Origin: a virus
Virus record (IMG/VR): IMGVR_UViG_3300044908_000045
Span: 32,001 to 96,000 of that record
DNA length: 64,000 bases
Strand: one strand, 5' to 3'
Part shown: one piece after another, positions 19,793-27,503 of the stretch
Layout: each line of letters opens with the position of its first letter
Position numbering within the stretch: the stretch's first letter is position 1
Notes under the pieces: model-generated
The model's database searches: none
Told to the model about the DNA's origin: nothing
What the model saw: the letters and a program-made list of their open reading frames with translations, nothing else
Program-made: the position numbers and the translations under genes

Positions 19793-20458
19793 ATGATCTA
19801 TAAAGCAGCAGTCGTCGGGCTTCTCTTCGCTCTGGTGTCATGTTCGTCCGTTCCGGCACCGCCGACGCAGCCCAGCATGGCCAACATCCTCGCCGTACAG
19901 CAGGAACTCGCGGCCGAGCAGGTCGCCGGGCTGACGCCGCTGCAGGCGCTAGAATATGGTATGCTGGGCGAGCAGCGGGCCTGCGACGCGTGGCTGGAGG
20001 CGTCGGCGTCGCGGGCGAACAAGATCGCGAACGCGCAGAACGCGCTCTCGAACGCGACCGGAGCGACCGCCGGGATCATGGGTATTCTCGGTGCTGGCGG
20101 CCCGGCGGTCGCGGGGGCTGCTATCGGTGGGACGTTCCTCGGAAACGTCCTGACGACGCAAGCCGGCGCCGGGCTGTCCGATGGCGATGCGTATCTGATC
20201 GCGAATGCCCTACAGCAGTACGAGGCGAACCTATCTATGCCGACCGACTTGGCTGCGGCGAGCCTTCAGATCGAGGGCGCGTGGATGACGTGCAATCAGT
20301 TCGCGGCGAATCAGTATGGTGAGCGCGCCAAGCTGACGGCGCAGGTGACAGCCAGCTCGCCAGTCTCGTCTAGTTCGTCGCTATCGCAAGCTCTGCAGCG
20401 CAATGCGGGGCTATACGTGCTGCCGCCGGTCCCGGTAGTGCAGATTAACGGACACTGA
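19793..20458 (+). CDS. lipoprotein
   Basis: MIYKAAVVGLLFALVS/C lipobox; glycine-zipper-like hydrophobic segment. Confidence 0.6.
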   Translation: MIYKAAVVGLLFALVSCSSVPAPPTQPSMANILAVQQELAAEQVAGLTPLQALEYGMLGEQRACDAWLEASASRANKIANAQNALSNATGATAGIMGILGAGGPAVAGAAIGGTFLGNVLTTQAGAGLSDGDAYLIANALQQYEANLSMPTDLAAASLQIEGAWMTCNQFAANQYGERAKLTAQVTASSPVSSSSSLSQALQRNAGLYVLPPVPVVQINGH

Positions 20459-20470
20459 GGAAGAATCGCG

Positions 20471-20869
20471 ATGATCTCCGAGACTCTCGCCGCTCTGGTG
20501 GATAAGGTACATTGCAAACCAGGTTGGTTTTTCAGGATCGTCGAAGAGGACGGCGCGGGACGATTGGTAATAACGGTCGAGGGCTACGACAGCAGCCAAC
20601 CGTCCAAAAGAATGCCGTTCACAGTCCGACATTTCTTTCCGATACCCCAAGCCACGTACAACGAGAAGACGTGGCGGCGGTGGATATTCGAGCAGTGCCG
20701 ACGGTTGGAGAACCACGAATTGGGAGAATGGTTCAGGGTCGGCGCGGAACGGCCCTTTGCCCCATTGCATGGAAAAGGCGAGGACCCTTATACTGTGCAC
20801 GAATTCCGTGACGGAATAGATGCTCGTATTACCCAAGACGGATCGATTCGGGAACCTTATCTAGAATGA
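20471..20869 (+). CDS. conserved phage hypothetical protein (HNH insertion target)
   Basis: GAGG RBS; ENHELGEWF...FAPLHG..EDPY motif. Confidence 0.65.
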   Translation: MISETLAALVDKVHCKPGWFFRIVEEDGAGRLVITVEGYDSSQPSKRMPFTVRHFFPIPQATYNEKTWRRWIFEQCRRLENHELGEWFRVGAERPFAPLHGKGEDPYTVHEFRDGIDARITQDGSIREPYLE

Positions 20870-21312
20870 CTCCGGCCGAACGTTCGCGGCGCTGGCGTCT
20901 AATACCTGGGAACCTGGAACGCGAAACGGCAGCGAAAGAAGCTAGGCGCCTCGCGGACCCTGAGAAATGGCGTGAGGAAAAACGCGCGTCTGGCACTAGA
21001 TGGCGCGAGGCGCATCGCGACGAAACAAACGCCAAGGCTGTCGCCCAGCGGATCGAACTAAGGGCACTCGCTATTGCCGCCTATGGGGGCCGGTGTAGCT
21101 GCCCTGGTTGTCACGTCCACCACGCTGAGCTTCTGACCATCGACCACATCAACGGCGGCGCGCAGCATCGACAGAACCGTCGATCAACACGAGATGTTTA
21201 CCGATGGCTTCAGAAGAACAACTACCCGCCCGATTTTCAATTGCTCTGCGGATCATGCAATCTGGCGAAATCCAACCGAACTTCATGCCCCCTCGCAGGA
21301 CAGGATCATTGA
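20866..21312 (+). CDS. HNH homing endonuclease
   Basis: AYGGRCSCPGC...LTIDHINGG...YRWL...FQLLCGSCNLAK. Confidence 0.85.
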   Translation: MTPAERSRRWRLIPGNLERETAAKEARRLADPEKWREEKRASGTRWREAHRDETNAKAVAQRIELRALAIAAYGGRCSCPGCHVHHAELLTIDHINGGAQHRQNRRSTRDVYRWLQKNNYPPDFQLLCGSCNLAKSNRTSCPLAGQDH

Positions 21313-21398
21313 CCCACACGGTTCACGAGTTTCGCCCCGAGACCGATGCACTTACGACCCAGGACGGCTCAATGCGAGAACCGTATGGCGATACCTAG
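21311..21398 (+). pseudogene. displaced original 3' end of the 20471 gene
   Basis: encodes HTVHEFRPETDALTTQDGSMREPYGDT*, versus YTVHEFRDGIDARITQDGSIREPYLE* at the end of 20471..20869. Confidence 0.8.
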
Positions 21399-21405
21399 AC
21401 AATGA

Positions 21406-21794
21406 TGAAGTTCTCCCGCGTCACCCGACATTAAAGGATAACCATTCAGATGCCATTTCTCCCGGTCAACGGCAAAGATTTCTCCCAGGTTGCGGTGGGT
21501 GTCGAGCACTTCCTACACGTCGATGCGATCGAGAAGGTATTGGATGCGCTGCCGCCGTTTGAGGGCTGGACGGCATCGCAATATTTCAGCGCCGCAATGC
21601 AGATGGCCGGCCAAGGCGCCGACGACCTCTACGCGTCGGATGCCAAGCACGGTGAGCAGATCGCAGCGCTGCAGGCCCGGTTGGATCAGCTTGAGGCTGA
21701 TCTTGCTGGGCTACGTTTGGAGGACGGACGACAGCAAGAGCAGATCAACACGCTGATGGCCACGGTCTCGAAGTGAAGTTCTCCCGCGTCACCC
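21406..21794 (+). repeat. 21-bp direct repeat TGAAGTTCTCCCGCGTCACCC at 21406-21426 and 21774-21794
   Basis: exact match read from sequence; flanks gene 21450..21776. Confidence 0.9.
21450..21776 (+). CDS. hypothetical protein with C-terminal coiled coil
   Basis: ORF with AAAGGA upstream; stop overlaps next GTG. Confidence 0.6.
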   Translation: MPFLPVNGKDFSQVAVGVEHFLHVDAIEKVLDALPPFEGWTASQYFSAAMQMAGQGADDLYASDAKHGEQIAALQARLDQLEADLAGLRLEDGRQQEQINTLMATVSK

Positions 21795-21976
21795 TCGCCG
21801 AATTCAAGGTCTGCGTAAAAGCAGGGTTCGCTTTCTACGCTGGCTACAAGCTAGGCGAGAACTATCGTCTCGGGGCGATCGAAGAATCGCGCGCCAAGAA
21901 GGCCGATCCCGAGGCTTGGCAACTCGGCTACGATCTGGCAACCAAGCGGCACGTTTACTCGGGTAGTGATCCGTGA
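21773..21976 (+). CDS. hypothetical protein
   Basis: coupled ORF. Confidence 0.55.
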   Translation: MKFSRVTLAEFKVCVKAGFAFYAGYKLGENYRLGAIEESRAKKADPEAWQLGYDLATKRHVYSGSDP

Positions 21977-22001
21977 GTCAGTCAATAGGTGATTCGTAAC
22001 C

Positions 22002-22211
22002 ATGACCGATACGTCGAATATCCTCTTCAAACTGTTAGAACGTGAGCGCAAACGGCACGAACGTGCCTTAGATGGCCTGCTCAGGCGAGCTTCCGCAATA
22101 GACATGTACGTGCCTGGTGCAAATCCGTTTCTTTATCCGGGCACCTTCCGTGGGCCTTTCAGAGCAGAACCGCCAGTCGTTCCATCCGCTCAAAGAAAGA
22201 GTGACACATGA
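22002..22211 (+). CDS. hypothetical protein
   Basis: ORF coupled to next gene. Confidence 0.45.
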   Translation: MTDTSNILFKLLERERKRHERALDGLLRRASAIDMYVPGANPFLYPGTFRGPFRAEPPVVPSAQRKSDT

Positions 22212-22399
22212 CCTATTCCGTGGACGAATTGCGCTATCTACTGGCAAACATCGAGGGGGACCGCAGCTACAGTGGTCCCGTGCTTCAAACCGTGGACAGC
22301 ACGCGAGTCCTGATCAGCGCCGTCAGAATGTTGGGTGAGTATCCAGGAGATCAATGGGGCGACAAGGTGCGCGAGATGATCGCGGCGATAGAGCGGTGA
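22208..22399 (+). CDS. hypothetical protein
   Basis: ATGA coupling. Confidence 0.5.
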   Translation: MTYSVDELRYLLANIEGDRSYSGPVLQTVDSTRVLISAVRMLGEYPGDQWGDKVREMIAAIER

Positions 22400-22412
22400 G
22401 AAAGGTAGCAAA

Positions 22413-22721
22413 GTGAACCTACGCGATTTCGAGTTCGGCAACCCGAAAGTGAACGCTGCGGGCTTCTCGTGTTGCGGTAAGCCGGTGGGCTGCACCATTA
22501 AAAGCGAAGGCTGCGCTTATCTACATCATCCGTGGAAGCGCGCGCATGTCTTCGGCGATCCAACGGTGCGTTGTCAAGCTACGTGCTTACGTCCACATCC
22601 TGACAGCGGCGTTGTCGTCGGAATGCAATGCTCTTTGAAACACGGCCATGAGGGCGAGTGTGTCCCTGAGCCGATCCGGGTGCGCGAGATGATCGCGACG
22701 GCGACGTGCCCTACGACATAA
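22413..22721 (+). CDS. Cys/His-rich hypothetical protein
   Basis: C-x-L-x-H-G-H-x-G-x-C metal-binding-like motif. Confidence 0.5.
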   Translation: MNLRDFEFGNPKVNAAGFSCCGKPVGCTIKSEGCAYLHHPWKRAHVFGDPTVRCQATCLRPHPDSGVVVGMQCSLKHGHEGECVPEPIRVREMIATATCPTT

Positions 22722-22941
22722 GCACCCCGGCGGCCGAGGAACGCTGCCGCTACTCTTGTAAAGACCCGCGCTGTCGTCCGGATGGCTGCGGTTATCGACA
22801 GTGGCGCGAGGCGAATGGTTGGGATCGAACGGTGTCGACTCAAACACCGGCAGAATCGTTGCGCGACCTGGCACGAGGCGAAGAGGATGATGGCGTTATC
22901 GTTACTGGACCACCATCGTGACTATTTGAGAGGGCGAAAAT

Positions 22942-23115
22942 ATGACAAAATCGCCTGAGTTCGAGAAAATCACGGCCGACACTATCAAGAGCATCAAGGA
23001 AGACTTCCAGAAATCCCTGGAACCGAACGTTGCGCATCGGCGGAATCTCGATAAATCCATCGTCGAGCAGGTCGAAGCCGATTTAGACAGCTTGGTCGAA
23101 AAGCATAGCGAATGA
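22942..23115 (+). CDS. hypothetical protein (57 aa)
   Basis: read manually; GAGAGG RBS, MTKSPEFEK... Confidence 0.5.
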   Translation: MTKSPEFEKITADTIKSIKEDFQKSLEPNVAHRRNLDKSIVEQVEADLDSLVEKHSE

Positions 23116-23279
23116 TAGTCGATAAGCTTCCGCCGGGTCCGGCTTTCATACAGGCTCAGGACGACGAGATGGACGACTGCGACGAGTGCCGCGAAACGTG
23201 CCGCGTTCCGGACGGCTACGTTTGGCAGCCAGCGACGATCGGCACTGCGGCCGGTTGGATACGATGGAAAGCTGAATGA
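23112..23279 (+). CDS. hypothetical protein (55 aa)
   Basis: read manually; ATGA-coupled on both sides; CDEC motif. Confidence 0.45.
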   Translation: MIVDKLPPGPAFIQAQDDEMDDCDECRETCRVPDGYVWQPATIGTAAGWIRWKAE

Positions 23280-23938
23280 TCGTCGCCACCGCCGTCCCAA
23301 GCCTTGGGTTCGACACCGATACGGTGGTGTCGCCTGCTGTCGCCAAGCAATTCTTTAGCTTGGGCTATCGGTGGTGTGCACGGTATGTCTCGCGCAGCGC
23401 GCCAGAGGCTGGGGATCTGACACCCGAGGAAATCTCCACTATCCTTGCTGCCGGTCTGGCATTGATCGTCGTGCAGCATGCGCCTGAGCCGAACTGGACG
23501 CCGAATGATGCAGAGGGTTTGGCTTGGGGTCGAGCCGCAGTTGCCAATGTCGAAGCGCTTGGTATTCCGCCTGGGTTGTCGATCGCCAAAGATCACGAAG
23601 GCGTCAATGTGAGCGGCAGAGCGAGTATGGTTGCGGCGGTTTCGGCAGCGCACATCAATTTATGGTCTGCGGTGGTGAGAACCGCCAAGTACGAGCCATT
23701 GCTCTATGTGGGGTTCGACTGCGGTCTCGACGCGACACAATTGTACGACAATCTGACGCCGACCCGCTATTGGAAATCGGCCTCTAATGTGCCCACGCCA
23801 GTAAAGCGCGGGTACTGCATGGAGCAGTTGAACATCAACCAAACGCGTGTGGTAGACGGACAGCCATTCTCCTATGATGAGGACGTAATCATGGCAGACG
23901 CGCTGGGCGGTTTGCCGAAATGGGCAGTGGGGGGATGA
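23276..23938 (+). CDS. endolysin, DUF1906/Rv2525c-like glycoside hydrolase
   Basis: GFDT, GYRWCARY, LTPEE...AAGL.L, GxAxG.AA and I.KDHE pattern; upstream of holin-like genes. Confidence 0.8.
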   Translation: MIVATAVPSLGFDTDTVVSPAVAKQFFSLGYRWCARYVSRSAPEAGDLTPEEISTILAAGLALIVVQHAPEPNWTPNDAEGLAWGRAAVANVEALGIPPGLSIAKDHEGVNVSGRASMVAAVSAAHINLWSAVVRTAKYEPLLYVGFDCGLDATQLYDNLTPTRYWKSASNVPTPVKRGYCMEQLNINQTRVVDGQPFSYDEDVIMADALGGLPKWAVGG

Positions 23939-24138
23939 CCGAGACCGAGCGCGAGTGCCGCCAGTCCTGGCACGAGGCCGCGATGGATCATCACGATTCC
24001 CTCGATGGCCTCGCCGAGTGGACTTCGCACCAGCAGCTGGCTTTCCGCTGTCATCACCCGGACGCGCATATGCCACCATCCGTGCGCTACCGGCTGCATC
24101 TCGGCGAGGCACGGCGGAAGCTGGGGATGCCGCCGTGA
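23935..24138 (+). CDS. hypothetical protein
   Basis: ATGA coupling in lysis operon. Confidence 0.5.
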   Translation: MTETERECRQSWHEAAMDHHDSLDGLAEWTSHQQLAFRCHHPDAHMPPSVRYRLHLGEARRKLGMPP

Positions 24139-24485
24139 GCGATATCGTTTCGATTGCCTTGATCTCGGCGTCATCAGCCATAGTGGCTCCAGCGCTGCTG
24201 TCGTATCTGAACGGGCGACAACTGAAGGCAAAGGAGATGCGTGACTACGCTCGTCAGGACCAAGTAAGCGAGCGCGTCGAGGCGCTGAGGATAGAGGCGG
24301 CGCGACACGCGCACGACACGGTTCAGGCGGTAGTTGCGATGTCGGAAAATATCGAAAAGATTGAGAAGGCCACCAATTCGATGATGGCGGAAGCCCAGCG
24401 GATCGCTCTGGAGAAAGCCAAAGCCGATGCCGAACGCGCACACGCTGCTGGAGTAATAGAGGGGACTGCCAAGAAAGGTGATTGA
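24135..24485 (+). CDS. membrane-anchored coiled-coil protein (lysis-associated)
   Basis: N-terminal TM followed by IEKATNSM coiled segment. Confidence 0.55.
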   Translation: MSDIVSIALISASSAIVAPALLSYLNGRQLKAKEMRDYARQDQVSERVEALRIEAARHAHDTVQAVVAMSENIEKIEKATNSMMAEAQRIALEKAKADAERAHAAGVIEGTAKKGD

Positions 24486-24754
24486 TAGCAGCCATGGACC
24501 CGAAACTCGTTGCCCTATACGGACAGATTGTCACGTCAATCCTGACGCTCATAGCCCTGTTCGGTTGCCTGATCGTTTCGTTCTTGCTGCGAGACAACCA
24601 ACTCGAACTGCTTGTCGTGGGGGCGGTGATTGCCATGGCGACAACGGTCGTGAACTACTGGCTTGGGTCCAGTAGCGGAAGTCAGAAGAAGGATGATATA
24701 ATGGCGGCGCAGGCCGCAGCAGGGTCTCGCGAAACAGGAAGACCATCACCATGA
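24482..24754 (+). CDS. holin-like membrane protein
   Basis: two TM helices then VVNYWLGSSSGSQKKD motif. Confidence 0.7.
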   Translation: MIAAMDPKLVALYGQIVTSILTLIALFGCLIVSFLLRDNQLELLVVGAVIAMATTVVNYWLGSSSGSQKKDDIMAAQAAAGSRETGRPSP

Positions 24755-25089
24755 AGATGTATCCGTTACTCGCCTCCATCGCAGTCCTCGCTCTTGCGAC
24801 GGCGTGTTCCACGGCAGAGCCAGCACCTCCTCCGGCTGCAACATTCACGCCTCTGCCAGCGCCGATGCCGGCGCCACCCACTGCGGGCGAGATTCACCAC
24901 AGTGCATTCATGTTCGAGGTGCAGCATCGTCTGAAGGCGCTCGGCTACTATGAGGGACAGGTTGATGGTGCCAACGGACCGCTGACGCGCGCGGCAGTGA
25001 AGCATTTCCAGCGGGACAACCACCTAAATCCGACAGGCGTTGTTGACCAGCACACCGACTCAGCGCTGGGGCTCAGCTCAGGGAAGTGA
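24751..25089 (+). CDS. lipoprotein with peptidoglycan-binding (PG_binding_1) domain
   Basis: LATA/C lipobox, Pro-rich linker, VQHRLKALGYY.G.VDG..GP.T..AV..FQ..N.L.PTG. Confidence 0.8.
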   Translation: MKMYPLLASIAVLALATACSTAEPAPPPAATFTPLPAPMPAPPTAGEIHHSAFMFEVQHRLKALGYYEGQVDGANGPLTRAAVKHFQRDNHLNPTGVVDQHTDSALGLSSGK

Positions 25090-25335
25090 GTGCGTCCGCC
25101 TTTCTCAATGAAGGCGCTGCGAGACGCGCATCGCCGCGTGGTTGCGGGGCGTGAGGGCTGGCGGGGTCGCCGCCGAACATCGAACCCCGTCTTCCCGTTC
25201 CGTCGCAATACGCCTGAACCCGAGCCTGAACCCCCGCCAACCAGAGACCTCGGCGGCATGGTGGGCTGCGCGATTCTGATCGTCGTCGGCGTGGGGCTTA
25301 TTGCCCTGATTGTCTGGGTACTGAGCCAGTATTGA
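25090..25335 (+). CDS. small membrane protein
   Basis: basic N-terminus, C-terminal TM. Confidence 0.45.
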   Translation: MRPPFSMKALRDAHRRVVAGREGWRGRRRTSNPVFPFRRNTPEPEPEPPPTRDLGGMVGCAILIVVGVGLIALIVWVLSQY

Positions 25336-25377
25336 TTGGGTTTGCATGCGCAGCAGCAATGTGGTAAGAGCGCCGCC

Positions 25378-25530
25378 ATGGATCTGATCTTAATCGTCAT
25401 TGTCATACTGCTGCTTTGCGGCGGTGGCTGGGGGTACAGCCGCTATGGTTACGGCGGAGGGATTGGTATCGGCGGGATTCTGCTGGTGTGCCTAGTTCTT
25501 TACCTTTTGTTTGGGCACGGCAGATTTTGA
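25378..25530 (+). CDS. DUF3309-family small membrane protein
   Basis: MDLILIVIVILLLCGGGWGYSRYGYGGGIGIGGILLV pattern. Confidence 0.75.
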   Translation: MDLILIVIVILLLCGGGWGYSRYGYGGGIGIGGILLVCLVLYLLFGHGRF

Positions 25531-25657
25531 ATCTTTGAATAATTCGCCCCGGCCGTCAAGCGGGGCGTAGGATGGCTCCACTGGAGCCTCGGTGTGCAGT
25601 GCACCCTTCACTGCACCCTTGTTGACCACCGCAATGGTGTCCGAGGCTTGACGGGCC

Positions 25658-26380
25658 TTGGCTCCGGTGGAGACTGTTTTGTCCTACGCTTTTTTAATCT
25701 GGACGAACCCCCGCACAGCGGGAACGACATTGTCTGCGGCACTGAAAGCGATTTCCGAACATCCTCCTGCTGAGGACGAGTGTTTTTGGTACCAACCCAA
25801 CGCTCGACAATTCTCATATATCTATGAGGACTGGTGCATTGACGGCGATCCGGCGGCACTCTACGAAGTGCTTAGTCGCCATGTGCTGATCAAGCACATT
25901 CCGGAGCCATTCGACGACAACTTCAATGCCGATCTGGCGCGGGCTGCCGAATATAATGGCTATCGGCATATCCACTTAGTGCGCTGCGATACGTTTGCGC
26001 GGCTGGTGAGTCGTGGCGTGGCCGAGCAACTCGACGAGTGGCACATCGATGTCAGATCGGCAAAGGTGAGCAAACTAAAGCCGCTTGACGTACCGCATCT
26101 GATCTCAGACTTGAGGCTTGATGCAGCACGCTGGGATGCAGTGCGACATCATCTCTCCTCAGTCCTGACCATCCGAACTGAGGACCTCGTCAGTCAGAAT
26201 TGCGAGCGGCGTCACGCGTGTTTTCGGCGCTTGCTGCGATTTTTAGAATTGCCGCCTGATGGGCTCGCGGCGCTGGACCAAGCATTCGCGCGCGGAGGTC
26301 ACAATACCCAAAGCGTGTGGCAACTAGTGCCGAATCTCGGTGAATTGCGCAACGCTCTGATATGGGAAGGCTCCGTATAA
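25658..26380 (+). CDS. sulfotransferase (Stf0-like P-loop fold)
   Basis: IWTNPRTAGTTL 5'-PSB-like loop, IHLVR...RLVS 3'-PB-like motif, I.TEDL...LLRFL; start uncertain. Confidence 0.7.
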   Translation: MAPVETVLSYAFLIWTNPRTAGTTLSAALKAISEHPPAEDECFWYQPNARQFSYIYEDWCIDGDPAALYEVLSRHVLIKHIPEPFDDNFNADLARAAEYNGYRHIHLVRCDTFARLVSRGVAEQLDEWHIDVRSAKVSKLKPLDVPHLISDLRLDAARWDAVRHHLSSVLTIRTEDLVSQNCERRHACFRRLLRFLELPPDGLAALDQAFARGGHNTQSVWQLVPNLGELRNALIWEGSV

Positions 26381-27489
26381 TGGCGCGCACATCTGATTTT
26401 ACTCATGAACGGCGAATTGTTCGCCGGTCGCACGCAGTTGCGCCGACACCGGCTAGTGTTGTCGTGAGGCTGATTGTGCAGGCAACGGCACCGCCAGTCT
26501 CAGGCAGCGGCATGGGGCTTTCTATCACGTCACTGATGACCGCTATCGTGCTTCGCTCGGCGGGTATCGACTGTGAGGTGTGGACTGTATCCGATGGCGA
26601 GCAACTACAGCAAAAGCTCCAGTCCTATGTCTATCAGACCGAGCGTCCGATAACTCATGTCGTCATCAACACGCCGGAGTTTATCGGCCCGCTTACTTAT
26701 GGCACACTGTCTGCCGCATGGCCGAACATAAATTTCGTCATGCTCAATCACACTGGGCTCGCGTACCTATCAATCGACCACGACGGGTGGCGCAACATCC
26801 GCTGGGATTTGCGGCTTCAGCGGTCAACCGACAACATCTTCGTAGCAGGAAACAACCCTCGCTTTGCTGCCAGCATACTAGCGCAGGACGGGGTTGCGGC
26901 ATTGTGGCTGCCGAACCTCTACGACACCTCGACGTTTCGGAAGCTCCGCGCTCCCCGTCCTTCCTACTCACCGTTGCGGATCGGCTCTTTTGCCGAGGGC
27001 CGCCCTTGGAAAAATCAGTTGGTTGCGGCACAGGCAGCATTGGCAATTGCCAGAACCCTCGATGCGGATCTGGAACTATATGTGAATCAAGATCTCTGGG
27101 CCGAGACCAAGGCGCTTTCGGAGGCGCGGAGACAGCTTTTCTATGGGCGCCCACGGGCTAAGTTGATAACGGTACCTTGGACGGACTGGGCCAACTTTGT
27201 CGATACCGTTGAGGCGATGGATCTGCTCCTCTACGCATCGTTCGATGAGGCGTTCGGCATGGTTCCAGCTGACGGGATCGCGGTCGGCGTGCCCAGCGTC
27301 ACCAGCGGTGCGCTGGAGTGGACGCCGCACACTTGGCAGGCCCCTAATGTGTGGGACCCGGCGAGCCTGACAACCGTTGGGCTGGCGCTGCTGAACGGCC
27401 GCCTCGGTGCGGTCCAAGCTGGTCAATCCGCGCTAGAGGACTACGTCGCGATGGGTACGAAGCGCTGGATCGACTATTTGACCGCCTAA
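26380..27489 (+). CDS. GT-B glycosyltransferase (GT4-like)
   Basis: RPWKNQ, MDLLLYASFDEAFGMVPADGIAVGVP. Confidence 0.8.
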   Translation: MARTSDFTHERRIVRRSHAVAPTPASVVVRLIVQATAPPVSGSGMGLSITSLMTAIVLRSAGIDCEVWTVSDGEQLQQKLQSYVYQTERPITHVVINTPEFIGPLTYGTLSAAWPNINFVMLNHTGLAYLSIDHDGWRNIRWDLRLQRSTDNIFVAGNNPRFAASILAQDGVAALWLPNLYDTSTFRKLRAPRPSYSPLRIGSFAEGRPWKNQLVAAQAALAIARTLDADLELYVNQDLWAETKALSEARRQLFYGRPRAKLITVPWTDWANFVDTVEAMDLLLYASFDEAFGMVPADGIAVGVPSVTSGALEWTPHTWQAPNVWDPASLTTVGLALLNGRLGAVQAGQSALEDYVAMGTKRWIDYLTA

Positions 27490-27503
27490 AAAGGAAGACG
27501 ACG

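Noticed and set aside
20780-21398. Diversity-generating retroelement VR/TR pair
   Set aside because: Differences between copies are not adenine-specific and no reverse transcriptase is seen in the window
25585-25648. tRNA gene
   Set aside because: Multi-stem structure but no T-loop GTTC, D-loop or acceptor/CCA pattern
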